Shown here one piece after another: positions 50,701-63,222 of a stretch of DNA of 64,000 bases; within the stretch, counting starts at the first letter, position 1, and each line of letters opens with the position of its first letter. The notes under the pieces were generated by a model that was given only the letters and a program-made list of their open reading frames with translations, was not told where the DNA came from and ran no database searches. Source of the stretch: Azolla caroliniana (lineage: Eukaryota; Plantae; Polypodiophyta); NCBI GenBank assembly GCA_043228905.1, contig JBHGNT010000018.1:6820001-6884000 (forward strand), given 5' to 3'. The position numbers and the translations under genes were made by a program.

Positions 50701-50918
50701 GTCGTTGCCTCCGTGAACTCACTGTTGTACATTCTAACATAGTGATAGTTTGCAGCCTGTGGGCTGCCGTGGTTTTTCCCTTAGTTTGGGTTTTCCACGT
50801 AAACATCTTGCGTACTTTTCTCTTCCTCGTGTCGTGCATTCTCTCACCGTTTTTCTGTGTATGATTTTAAGCTCGGTTGTGGCCGAGCGTTGCGCATAAG
50901 GAACGTGAGTTCCCGTCA
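44793..50918 (+). mobile_element. Ty1/Copia element G (degenerate), with ~870 bp of flanking Gypsy DNA duplicated at its 3' LTR
   Basis: 5' LTR 44793-45453; PBS at 45456; gag-pol with stops and an INT deletion at ~47090; PPT at 49223; LTR stub 49235-49285; full LTR 50150-50918; TSD ATGGA. Confidence 0.9.
49283..50149 (+). repeat. Direct duplication of 43927-44792 (Gypsy I LTR 3' part, PBS and gag start)
   Basis: Near-identical sequence and ORFs (44437 vs 49794; 44143 vs 49500). Confidence 0.95.
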
Positions 50919-52564
50919 ATGGATTGGGTCGAGAACCCCGCCAAGGGACGAAATACTTCGGCTCTACTTCAGGTGTTCGAAAGGTAGTTTGCGTGACTCT
51001 CGGCGCTAGACCAGACCGTGCTCGATACGAGCAAGGTCCTATTGTTTGTGAAGTCGGTCGACGTGCTCGACAGCGAGAAGGTTGGTTTCCTCTTGGAGAC
51101 GGATGAAGGGCTCACGATCGATTGGGCCGTGGGAAAAAGAGTTTGTGGTCGTTTCGACAAACGAAGCGATTGGAACGACGCGGGGTTGTCGACAACCGAC
51201 ACGGTTTCTAGGAGGAAGCCGGAGGAACAAATTCTGACGAGAGCAGACGAAACGAGATGGTGGTTCGAGTCGGGCATGACGCTGACCAATGTGGTCACAG
51301 GACCGTCCGGGGGCGTGACTCTAGAGGAGCTGACAAAGATGGTGCGCAATCTCCAGATTGCGCAAGCTCGGAGAGATGGCTGGGGACAGTTGCATGACCT
51401 GAGGCCTCTGTTAGACCAACGATGCATGTGGTGCGATGCCGTCGGCCACATCCAAAGGGAGTGTGCTAATTTCGCAAAAGCACTCGAGAGCAATGTCGTG
51501 TACCTCTGGAAAGGGCGGGTACATGCATGCGATACGCGAAGGCCCCTCGAAGTGAGTACTGGACGAGGTGGCATGAAGAGGATAATGGAGGAAGTGGCCC
51601 GTAATGCTAAGGCCATCCACTATTCGGTGTCAGTGGGGATTCGGGTAGGCAGAGAGAAGGGTGCCGCATCCGAAAGCAATATGGGATTTTGGCCACTCGT
51701 ATTGGAAGGCCTGACGGGAGTGAGGCTAAGGAAGGACGAGGCGAACCGTGCGGAGAGACGGGTCCAAGAGGGCACCGGGTGGAGTGACCCGGTAGAAGAG
51801 AAAACCGGCTTTGTGGAGGCCGTTTGCCAAAACTACGAGGCTCTAGTTGAAGACAAGTGGGCTGGAAAATCCTGAGGGGTCGGACCTTCGAACTGATACG
51901 AGACCCGAAGCGGTCCGAAAAGAAATGACAGGGGCCTGACCAGCCCACAGGAGAAGACGAAGTTGCTGAGCTTCCGGTTGAGCTCGGAGATCGAAAGGGC
52001 GACGGACCTACGAAAGGTCTTGGAGGAGCAGATCCTAGACAGTTGAGTGGAACTCACGCTGTAGGAAGTGCTAAGTATAGCAAAGGAGTTCGACGATTCT
52101 ATCGTGTGACGGGAACTGGTCGTTCATTATGCGCAAACCTCGGCTACAACCGAGCTTAGAATGATACAAAGAAAACGGGAAATAGAACACGACACAAAGA
52201 GGAGGAAGATACACAGGAGGTTTACGTGGAAAAAACCCCAAACTAGGGGAAAAAACCACGGCAGCCCACAGACTGCAAACTGTCACTATGTAAGAATGTA
52301 CAAAACAGTGAGTTCACAGAGGCAACGACCTCGAACTCACGATCTTCGCCACAGGCGGCGGTTACAATAGAGGCAACGACCTCTTTCTCTCTCTCTCTCT
52401 GTACAACGTTATGTACTCTCTCTTAATCTTGCACCAACAAGAAAATGGCAACCTTGTATACACATGTTTGCCCTAAGTCATATTTATACTGATATGACTT
52501 TTCGGCTATTTACAAATATAGCCTCGAAGGGCTCTCAGAAACATATTTACGAATATGTCTCTAC

Positions 52565-52952
52565 CTCCGGTTCTCACCGGGTCTGCGTCATCTGGCTCTC
52601 CGTAGCCGGGTGCTCCTCATCCGGTTCTCACCGGGCCTGCACCATCCGGCTCTCCGTAACCGGGTACTCCTCATCCGGTTCATATCGGATTTGCACCATC
52701 CGGCTCTCCGTAGTCGGGTACTCCTCATCCAGTTCTCACCGGTTCTGCACCATCCGGCTCTCCGTAGCCGGGTACTCCTCATCCGGTTCACACCGGGCCT
52801 GCACCATTTGGCTCTCCGTAGCCGGGTACTCCTCATCCGGTTCACACCGGGCCTGCACCATCCGGCTCTCCGTAGCCGGGTACTCCTCATCCGGTTTCGT
52901 ACCGGGTCTGCACCATCCGGCTCTCCGTAGCCGGGTACTCCTCATCCGGTTC
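52565..52952 (-). repeat. Tandem array of ~7 x 54-bp units in the LTR of Copia H
   Basis: Unit CCGGTGAGAACCGGATGAGGAGTACCCGGCTACGGAGAGCCGGATGGTGCAGAC; 18-aa periodicity in the ORF track. Confidence 0.93.
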
Positions 52953-54272
52953 ACAGCCTCGGCCGAGTTTGTTCATTGGCACTGTTCTTCTCCCTTCCCA
53001 TTCGGAGGGACCTGTCTCCCAACAAATTCCCCCTTCACTCCGGCGTGGGGTGTCTTACCAGTCCGATTCTCTTCCGACATGCGTTCAGCTTGTCGGGTGT
53101 CAGCACTTTGGTCAGCATATCTGACCCGTTCTCGACCGTGTGGATCTTCGTCAGTGCGAACTCCTGGTCATCTACTCTTTCCCAGATCCAGTGATACCTC
53201 CGCTGGATGTGCTTCGTCCAGGAATGGTAGGCCGCATTCTTAGCAAGGTGGATGGCACTTTGACTGTCGCAATAGAGTCGGTATTCCTCTTGCCGGATAC
53301 CGAGCTCTCCGATGAAGTCCTTCATCCATAATATTTCCTTGCCGGCTTCCACAGCCGCCATGTACTCCGCCTCCGTGGTTGACAATGCAACCGTCTTCTG
53401 TAGCCTCGACTGTCATGAAATAGCTCCCCCTACATATGTTATTACATACCCGGATGTAGACCGGATGGTTTCCACATCAGTCGACATGTCCGAATCGGTG
53501 AAACCGTCCAATTGAGGTTTTCCGGAGCCGAATCAGAGACACATATTTGAAGTGCCCTTCAAATACCAGAGTATCCATTTGACCGCTGTCGAGGTATTCC
53601 TCGCGGATGCGTGGAATGAGGCGGGACCTCGGGGGTCTTGTACCGAAGACCAAGAGAGAAAGGAGAAGGGAAGAGGTCCACTAGGTGCGAGCGTAGATCC
53701 ACAGGGACACGGCCCTTCGACACGAAGACGCAAGCGGGAAACCAACACAGAGAGACACGAAGGAATGTATGTATATATTAACAGAGACAAACAACAAAAA
53801 CACGAAGTCGGTTACAACCGAACAGGCCGGCGAACAGATGCCGATGCCTGTTCGTAAACGCACAAAAAGAAAGAAGTAGGTTGGAGGTGCTGTCGGAAGC
53901 ATTCGGGCATTCCTCAGAGCAGCGCGAGCCTCCCGAAACCTGCACAGAAAGAAGCTATGGAGTTTGGAAGAGAGAGAAGCGTTCGGCCCACAATCCGACA
54001 GCACCTCGTCCTCTCTTATTTCGCGATCCCCCCTCCCCTCCTTGTCTCCCTCCTTTTAAAGGCAAGGAAGGAGCCGTTTCCTATTAACTTCCTACCTACC
54101 GAGGATCTTCTATGTACAACATAAGGCGCACGTGTATGAAGAGCCGGTTCCTACGCTCCGGAACACCGATTCCGCTTGTGGACGGTTTTCTTCACGACAT
54201 CCGCCCCCACCTAACCGCGCATCCACCGGCATGCGCCAAATTGAGTTGGGACGGAGAAAACCGGTCCAGCCT

Positions 54273-57200
54273 TTATTCCCAGCCCGTCGGTTCTTCTTCG
54301 GTTTCGGATCGTTCGTCGTCCCGGTCCAGGTCAACCGGATCCGGCTCGTCGTCGTGACGCTTCTTGAACGCTTTGATCCGCTTCCCAGCTACCGGTATCG
54401 CCATTCTTGTACCGTCGAGTTCCCCCAGATGGTACGTCCCGTTGTCGTTGGCGCTTTGTACCACGTAAGGCCCGAACCACCTTCTTGCGAACTTCCGTGT
54501 CGCTCGGTGCTGGTTGTCGAGGTTGCTGTCGTAGACTAGCACCCAGTCGCCTTCCTCGATCTTCTTCGGTCGGAGCCGGTGTGTTCGGTTGAACCGGGCT
54601 TTGTTCCTCATCCTTGCTACCTGAAGCTTTTCCGCAGCCTGCTCCACGTCCTCTGGTCTTCGCTCGAGCTGCCATATGCGCGCCGTCAACAGTTCCTCTC
54701 GGCTCATCTCGTCTCTCCAGTCCACGGTTGCCTAGGAGGAGATCGTACGTTCCATCGGCATGATCGGCTTCTGCCCAAACATGAGCTCTGCCGGCATGAA
54801 TCCGGTTACCGAACTGTGCGTAGTTCGGTCCGCCCACAACGCGTAAGGCAACAGCCGCGGCTAGTTCCCGACTTGACCTCCGCATGCCCGAACTAACGTC
54901 TTTACGATCGGTCCGTGTCCGCGCTCCACCTTCCCATTTGCCTCCGGATTGTATGCAGTGGTGAGCGAGAGCTTGACTCCTAGCCGGTCGAACAGCTCCT
55001 CGGCCTCTTCGGCGTCCAACTCCCCGCGATCAGCCACGATCTTCCCGACGCACCTGTACCGGCATATCACGTCCTCAATCAGGAACCGACATACGGCCGC
55101 GGTCATTTTGTTTTGAAGGGCTCGGCCTTCTACCTGGTTCGTCAGATCTTCCCGAGCCAGGACCAGGTACCGCATCTGTCCTACTCCCATCGGCATCGTC
55201 ACGAGATCTACCATCCATTTGAAGTGGATGGTCGGCGGGTACGTAGGGTGAAGCTCGTCCCGATGTCGGACTATGGAGTGCATCTGACAGCTCTCGCAAG
55301 TTGTCATGAACCGATGCACGTCCCGGTACAGTCCCGGCCACCAGTACTTCCCCTTTATCTTCTCGAACGTGGCCCACGTTCCACGCTGTCCAGCCCAAGG
55401 GCTGTCGTGGTAGGCCGTCAGCAGCTCCTCCTGTTCTTCCTTCATCGCCACCACCCGGAGCGGGACGCCGTTCCTCTTCTTCGGGTGCTTCCATAAGTAT
55501 CCGTCCCGGAGAAAGAATCGGTAAGCTTTCTTCCGGATCCGGTTGGCCTCGTCCTTCGTCCAGGATGCATCCAGCGTCATTGTCCTAAAAAATCCACCGA
55601 TCTGGAGCCACTCGCCGTCGTACTTGCTCTCATCGAAGTCGTTAAGTGCCGGAGTGCTCGTCCCATCAGTCGTCACGTACGCCGCCTCGAAGAAGTCCAC
55701 GCCGACTTCTTCGTCCTCCGAAACCATGCCGCCCTCGTCATCAAACCTCGCCCTCGAAAGCATGTCGGCCATGGCGTTGTCCTTTCCGGAAATGTGCCGT
55801 ATTTCCGGGTCCAGGGACTTGATGTACGCTTCCACCTGAGCATCGCCAGGTCCGGTGTCGCGCATCCAGAAACCATGCCGAGAATTGGCAGGCAATCCGT
55901 CTTTGTCGGCCTTTACTGCCGAAACGATACCCCAGAGTTCGCATTTAACCTGGGCGTACCCTCGTTGTCACTCACTGAGGACCTTCGCGCCGAATCGGAT
56001 CGGGAACCGAATGCCGTCCCCGTCTTCTTGGTTGACGACCCATCCGATCCCGGTCGGACTCGTATCCACCGTTATGTATATCGGGGTACCCTTCTCGTAG
56101 ACAGCCTTCCGGAGCGCCGGTGCTGCCGCAAGAGCTTCCTTCAGCTTCCAGACCTACTCCGTGTGCTCGTCTCGCCACTCGAATTTTCGCCCTTTCTTCA
56201 GCAACCCGTATAGCGGCTCCGCAACGTGGGCGTAATGCGGGATCCATATGTGGTAGAACGCGCATGCCCCCAGGAACCTCCGAACTTTCGTAACCGAGCT
56301 ACAGTCGGTCTTCATTGCGGAGATGGCTTCTACCTTTGCCGGAGACGGCTTCCGGCCATAGGGTCCACATAGGTGTCCGACCACTAGGATTTCCGATTGC
56401 CCGAAGGCCGATTTCTCCCCGGAGAAGGTGAGCCTCGCATCCTCTAGCCTTTGTAGCACCTTCTCGCAGTCGTCGATGTGTGTTGCCACGAATCGCCGGC
56501 ATCCGTCCGGCCCGACTGTCTCGTCCTTCTCTTCCACCGGGCACCCCTTAATCGGGATGTCGTCCAGAAATGGCATGGTGATGTCCGGGATGCAATCCCT
56601 CAGTACCTTGTTCATTGCATTCACCATGTGGGCCACCGAGTTGGTCCCTCCTTGCGGCAGGGTACACATTCGCACTAGGCCGAGGGGAGTTCGCATCGTC
56701 GTAATGTCTTTGCTCTCCACGGCTAGCTGGAACTGGTCGTACCCCAAGTACAGATCACCGACCAAGTAAATCGACCTTCCGGCGAAGGCCTCCGCGAACT
56801 CGTCTATGGTCGGTCCGATTCCTGCGTTCCGAATCGTCACTCTATTGACCGGCTGCAGGTCCTGAATGAAGCGCAATGTTCCGTTTTTCTTTGGTACGGT
56901 AAACCATCGGTTCGAGTATGGCGCGCTCGACGGTTCGAGAATACCCATATCGACTTTCTGCCTCAGTACCTCCATCAACTCCGGGATGTGAGCTCTTGGT
57001 ACCGGAATCGGCTTGAGATTCCACGGCACATGCGGTACCGTGAATATCACCATCGGCTCCACGATTGTTGGGTCTACGCACCCGATCTCTTCCGGAGAAA
57101 ATGCGAAGGCTTTCCCGTGCCTTCCGAGCATTCTCCAAAACCGGTCTTCCTCCGCCGGCAGTAGGAACCCGCCCCCACCGATCTTGAGCTCCCGGAGCGT

Positions 57201-57713
57201 CCCGTCGGCGAAGGTGTGTCCTATGCAGGCCGGATCTCGTAAACTGGGGTCCGACGCAACCCCTCTGATTCGGGACTCGCTGCCCTCCGGTAAGGGTGCC
57301 GCGACGGGCCTTACCTTCCGGTCCACAGCCTTGTACTTCGTGCTAACTCGGGCCGTCCGATCCGACCCGAGCCCTCGACTGAAGTTCGCGATGACTTTGT
57401 ACATCTCTTCGGAACATACCGGTATCGTCCGGTCTTCGTTAAGGTCTTCTCCGGCTACCTCCCCCAGCATTCCCAAGGTGTCGTCGAAGGAGACCGCCTC
57501 CACGGCTCCGCTGATTTCCTCATCCGGGCCGAGAACTCCGCTCGCTCGAAGTCGCACTTCCGCCCTTGTCTTTTTTCGGCCGACGATGTCGACTATCATA
57601 CACCCTCCGTTGTTGGAGAAGTAGAATTTCCTACCTATCGTACAGTCGTGGGGTCTTTCCCGAGTGTCCGGGCTGTCTCGGCCCCACGCCTTGGCAGCCC
57701 TCTCTAAAAATCC
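54273..57713 (-). pseudogene. RT-RNase H-integrase ORF of Gypsy J (-1 frame relative to gag-PR; no chromodomain)
   Basis: RT LPQGGTNS..PFLDD; RNase H VDTSPTGIGW; INT HDSPWAG..CESCQ, ADRGE, EANGKVERG; GPY motif; a few stops and frameshifts. Confidence 0.88.
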
Positions 57714-59830
57714 TCCCGGTTCTCGCCACCAAGGGATTCGCGGTTTCGCTCGTGGTTCGGCCGCACCGTCAAAAATTGGACTGAATGGCGCCCGTCCTGG
57801 CTTTTGACCCTCGCGTAGGCCGAACCGTTGTCCAGCACCTTGGTCTCCATTCGCGCTGCCGTGATGTATGGTTCCCCTAATATGACTGGGTGCGAGGACG
57901 TCTCCTGTACAAAGAAGTGCTGGTCAATCTCGACGTCGCCGATCTTGACTCGCACGTTCGGGCAGGCCCCGTGCAGTTCCTCGGTGGCGCGCGTCGCTGC
58001 CCGTATCTTCCACCCGTGCTTGGTGTTGATCGGCCACTTCCCCTTCTTATAGAAGTCCATTGACATCAGGTTTATTTCCGAACCGTGGTCCACCAATGCC
58101 ACCACCGGTTCCTGAACATCTCCGATCTTTACCGGGGTCTCCGTGGTCGCTCAGGCCCAGTGCGGCCTTGAATAGTGGCTCTCTGCCCACTCATCTTCCA
58201 GCGCCATGTCGTCGATGTGCGTCGTCCGCACCTCCACCGGTCTTTCCGGTTCCGTCTCCGTCGATAGCCTCTTCCGTTTCACCAGGTCCACAATGGAGTC
58301 GTGGAACTCCTTCTTGGCGATCCCTAGCACCTCTCGCAATGACAGCTCCACTTTGTTGTCGAGGATCCGTTCTTCTAGGACCTTTCGTAGGTCCGTAGTC
58401 CTTTCTATTTCCGTCCCCAGTCGGTATCCGCCCTTCCTGGGGTTATCTTGCGAGCTGGACCCACCGGCATCGTTCCGTCGTTGCCCGAATCGGGTCTCGT
58501 ACCGTTGTGAGGGCCCGGCCGCTCCGACTTTCCCCACTCGTTTGTCTTCTACCAGAGCCTCGTAGTTCCGGCAGGCGGCTTCTACGAAGCCCGTCTTCTG
58601 CTCGACCGAATCGCTCCACCCGGTTATTTCCCGGACCCGTCTCTCAGCGCGGTTCGTTTCATCTTTCCTTAGCCGTGCGCCGGCAAGACCTTCCAGCATT
58701 GCCGACCAGAATCCGTCTTTGCCCTCCTTTCGGGCCTCGTTGCCCCCGACCCGAATACCGGCCGACGCCGAGTAGTGGATGGCCTCCACGTGTCGGGCTG
58801 CTGCCTCTTCCATCAATCTCTTCATTCTTCCTCGCCCGTCGTTTCAGTTTAGGGCCCTTCTGGTGTCGCCGGCGTGCATCCGGCCTTCCCACAGGTACAC
58901 CACCCGGTTCCTCAACGCTTCTGAGAAATCGCCGCAATCCTTCTGGATGTGGCCGACCTCGTCGCACCACATGCACCTGTTCCCTGCTACCGGCCGTCGG
59001 TCATGAGCCGGTTCGCCGCCTTCCCTTCGAGTCTGGGCGATCTGGAGATCCTTTATCGCCCGCGTCAACTCCTCCAGCGCTGCTCCTCCGGACGAGCCAC
59101 TCACCATGCCGGTCGAAGCCGGACCGGTTTCGAGCCATTCCCGGGTTTCTTCCCTTCGCCCTTGCGGTGCCGGTTCAAGCCTCCTTGCTGTGACAAAGCC
59201 CGCACCAGCCGCCCCGTTGTCAGCCCATTCTCGCCGTTTGTCGAAACGGCAACAGACTCTCTTAACCGCAGCCCAGTCGGTCGTCAGCCCATCTTCGGTT
59301 TCCAGCAAGGAGTCGACTTGATCCCGGTCCCGCTTGTCCACCGACTTGACGAACAATAGGACCCGGCTCGTATCCAGAACGGTTCGGTCAAGCGCCGAAA
59401 GGCTCCCAAAGCGTTCTTCGAACTCCCGGAGGAGTGCCGACGCGTTTCTTCCCTTGCCGGGGGACTCCACCCATTCCATGAAGTCCCGTTTCGAAAGCCG
59501 GAGCGCGTCGTCCAGCCCGTATTTTTCTAGGAGTCGGCCTTCGAACTCCTCCCAGGTATGGCTCTCCGCCCGTACCTCGAGCACCTCCGCATGGATGCTC
59601 GGCATCGCCACTCGAGGGAACCCAGCAAGACACCTCTCTTCCGGAATGTCCCGCATCAACATTTCTGCCCCATAGGATGCCAAATACTTTGTGGCATCCT
59701 TTGTGCTGATCCGGCCGATCGTACCGATGACCGCCTCAATGGCTCTGTCGAGGGCGCCGGAGCCCTCGCGTGCGCTCAATATCCGATCTACGGCCGAAGC
59801 CATGGCCTCCGCAAGATCCGACCCTTTCAT
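57704..59830 (-). pseudogene. Gag-protease ORF of Gypsy J (one frameshift, one stop)
   Basis: MKGSDLAEAM start, CMWCDEVGHIQKDC knuckle, PR motif LVDHGSEIN..ILGEP; ends at EDF*. Confidence 0.85.
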
Positions 59831-62800
59831 CTTCTGCTCTTCTGCCGCCTCCTTCACGTCGGGTTCACCAAGATGTCGAGGTATTCCTCGCGGATGCGTG
59901 GAATGAGGCGGGACCTCGGGGGTCTTGTACCGAAGACCAAGAGAGAAAGGAGAAGGGAAGAGGTCCACTAGGTGCAAGCGTAGATCCACAGGGACACGGC
60001 CCTTCGACACGAAGACGCGAGCGGGAAACCAACACAGAGAGACACGAAGGAATGTATGTATATATTAACAGAGACAAACAACAAAAACACGAAGTCGGTT
60101 ACAACCGAACAGGCCAGCGAACAGATGCCGATGCCTGTTCGTAAACGCACAGAAAGAAAGAAGTAGGTTGGAGGTGCTGCCGGAAGCACTCAGGCATTCC
60201 TCAGAGCAGCGCGAGCCTCCCGAAACCTGCACTGAAAGAAGCTATGGAGTTTGGAAGAGAGAGAAGCCTTTGGCCCACAATCCGACAGCACCTCGTCCTC
60301 TCTTATTTCGCGATCCCCCCTCCCCTCCTTGTCTCCCTCCTTTTATAGGCAAGGAAGGAGTCGTTTCCTATTAACTTCCTACCTACCGAGGATCTTCTAT
60401 GTACAACATAAGGCGCACGTGTATGAAGAGCCGGTTCCTACGCTCCGGTGCACCGATTCCGCTTGTGGACGGTTTTCTTCACGACACCGCGTTCGAGTGC
60501 TCCTTGCCGGGATTGCTCATAAACCAGCTCACCACTCCGACTGTGTATCCTATGTCCGGTCGGGTACAAACCATTGCGTACATCAAGCTCTCGACGACAG
60601 AGGCATATGGAATCTTCAACATATCCGCCTTCTCTGCTTTCGTCTTCGGGCTTTGCTTACCGGATAGCTTGCAGTTTGCCGGAAGTGTCGATCCGACCGA
60701 TTTTGCTTCTGACATGTTGAACCGGTGAAGCACCTTTGTCACATACTTCTCCTGTGATAGCCATAATTGCTTCACTGACCGGTCCCGAATGATGTGCATC
60801 CCCAGCATCTGTCTTGCCGGACCCAAGTCTTTCATTGAGAAGGTCCGGTTGAGAGCCTTCTTTAGCATCCGTATCTTGACTTGGTCACGTCCGACGATCA
60901 ACATGTCATCCACGTATAGAAGGAGTATCAGGAAGTCGCCTCCTTCAAACTTCTTCACAAACACGCAGTGATCGGCCTGCGTCTTGTGGTACCCTTCATC
61001 GGTCATAAGGAGTCAAACTTCCGGTACCATTGCCGGGGGGCCTGCTTCAACCCGTAGAGGCTCTTCTTCAACCGGCATACCAGGTGCTCCTTCCCTTTCT
61101 CCACAAATCCCTCTGGTTGTTGCATGTAGATCTGCTCTTCGAGGTCGCCGTGAAGGAATGCCGTCTTCAAGTCCAGCTGTTCTACCTCGAGGTCCATGCT
61201 TGCCGCTATACTCAGCACCGTCCGGATGGAGGTCATCTTTACTACCGGGGCAAATATCTCGTCGAAGTCCACGCCCTTCTTCTGCTGGAACCCCTTCACC
61301 ACGATCCTGGCTTTGTATCTCGGGGGGTTGCCGGCATCTCCCGGTTTCAACTTGTACACCCACTTGTTTCGGAGTGCCCGCTTTCCTTTCGGCAACTCCA
61401 CCAATTCGTACGTATGGTTCTCATGTAGGGAATCCATCTCGTCCTGCATGGCACTTAACCATTTTCGGCTGTGGGTGTCATCCTTGGCTTCTTTGAAGCT
61501 TTCCGGCTCCCCCTCATCGGTCAGCAGAACGTGCTCTGCATCCAGAAATCTACGGGGGGCCTTCTCTCTCTGAGAGGATATCTCTGTCTTTGGGCTTCGG
61601 TAGCCGGCTCCTCCATTTGCTCTTCATCCGAATCCGATTCGGGGTCTTGGCCGTTTCCGGTCTCAGCTTCCTCTACTTCTTCTTCTGCCAGTTCGGTATC
61701 CTCACCGTAACCGGCTGGTTCCTCGAGTGCTAACCGGTCCCTTGCCGGTTGGGTCTGCTCATCGTAGAGTCGATCCTTACCGGTCGACTCGGATTTTATT
61801 ATCTTCTTCTCCGAGTCCCAGTCGGCGAGCGTCTTGTCCTCCATGAAGATAATATCTCGACTCCGGAATACCTTCTTGTCGATCGGGTCCCACACTCGGT
61901 AGCCGAACTCATCGTCACCGTAACCGAGGAATATGCATGGCCGGGTCTTTGGATCTAACTTTCCTCTCCGGTCCTTTGCTACATGCACGTATGCAAGACA
62001 CCCGAACACCTTCAGATGCCGGTAGGACACTTCCTTACCGGTCCATACTCTATGTGGCGTGTCTCCGTCCAAGGGTACTGAGGGTGATCTGTTTATCACG
62101 TATGTCGCCGTCGACAGTGCCTCAGCCCAGAACTTCTTGGGTAGTTTTGCATGCGCTAGCATACTCCGGACCCTCTCCATTATGGTCCGGTTCATCCTCT
62201 CGGCAAGTCCGTTTAGTTCCGGCGTCTTCGGCATGGTAAATTCGAGCCGGATTCCCTTCGAGCGACAGTACTCCTCAAACTACCCTCGGTACTCTCCTCC
62301 GTTATCTGCTTGAACCGCCTTCAGCTTCCGGCCGGTTTCTCTTTCCACTCTTGCGTGGAGCTCTTTGAAGATGGATAGCACTTGATCCTTCGTCTTCAAC
62401 GGTGTGGCCCACAACTTCCGGCTGTGATCATCTATGAATGTCACGAAGTACTGCGCTCCGGCATGTGACTTCGTGTCTACTTGACACACATCCGTATGCA
62501 CCAACTCCAGTGGTGCATTACGTCTCATCAGTGGCCTTGGTCGGAAGGAGGTCCGGTTCCAATCCGGAGGGACCTGTCTCCCAACATTGTGGACCTGGTA
62601 AAGAGGAAGCGCTTCTCGACAGAGCCGGAGCCGGAAAAGCCAATCGAAGTAAAGGCGGCCCACATCGAAGAGGTGACGATGGAAGAGGAGTTCCTGGAGA
62701 GCCACGATATGAACCTGCACTAGGCCAGAGCAACGACGGAAACCCCTGTTCGAATCGGGGATGTGAAGGAGCTGGTGGTGGTGCTATTTGACCACAGGTC

Positions 62801-62932
62801 GGAGATTAACTTAATGTCCATGGACATCTACAAGAAGGGTAAATGGTCGATCAACACAAAGCATCGGTGGAAGATACACACGACGACCCGCGCTACTAAA
62901 GAGCTTTATGGTGTGTGCTTTCCTTTCTATAG

Positions 62933-63222
62933 TGTAGATTTTATGTATTTCCTTTCTATATATGAATTATAGATGGAACAACCATAGACAACCATGTGCA
63001 CAAAACCATGGTTCTAAACCCATGGTTTGTGCATGACATAAGCAAAACCGTGTGCACAAAACCATGGTTTTAGCCCATGGTTTTGTGCATGTCACAAGCA
63101 TGGAAAGACCTATAAAAGCCTCTAGTTGGGCTTGTGTAAGGGGGGCTCAATATGTGATATCACCAACACCACTATCATCAATATAATTATATTTGTCTTT
63201 ATCTTCTTCATATTTTTCTACT
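62933..63222 (+). mobile_element. Short LTR-like insertion in the protease of Gypsy I
   Basis: TGTAGA...TCTAC termini, TATA CCTATAAAAG, two palindromic AAACCATGGTT units; AT-rich relative to the host; TSD not evident. Confidence 0.5.

Larger units (their letters stand above)
53587..60486 (-). mobile_element. Ty3/Gypsy element J, full length with a few disabling mutations
   Basis: 613-bp LTRs at 53587-54199 and 59874-60486; 18-nt PBS TGGTGAACCCGACGTGAA (59870-59853); PPT GGTGGGGGCGGA; TSD CCGC. Confidence 0.95.
52107..62586 (-). mobile_element. Ty1/Copia element H (5' part deleted), hosting Gypsy J
   Basis: 3' LTR 52107-53024 with ~7 x 54-bp units; PPT adjacent; INT-RT-RNase H on the minus strand; only ~29 bp of the 5' LTR remain (62558-62586); TSD TCGTG/TTGTG; host gag rejoins as SIV|DLVKRKR. 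Confidence 0.88.

Noticed and set aside
52464-53243. ORFs with 18-aa periodicity (259, 200 and 175 aa) as possible novel repeat proteins
   Set aside because: They arise from the stop-poor 54-bp LTR unit, are open in several frames and are not conserved in start or length.
58844-60010. 388-aa ORF starting inside the LTR of Gypsy J
   Set aside because: The first 60 codons are LTR and PBS; Gag starts at 59830, matching element I (MRGSELAE).
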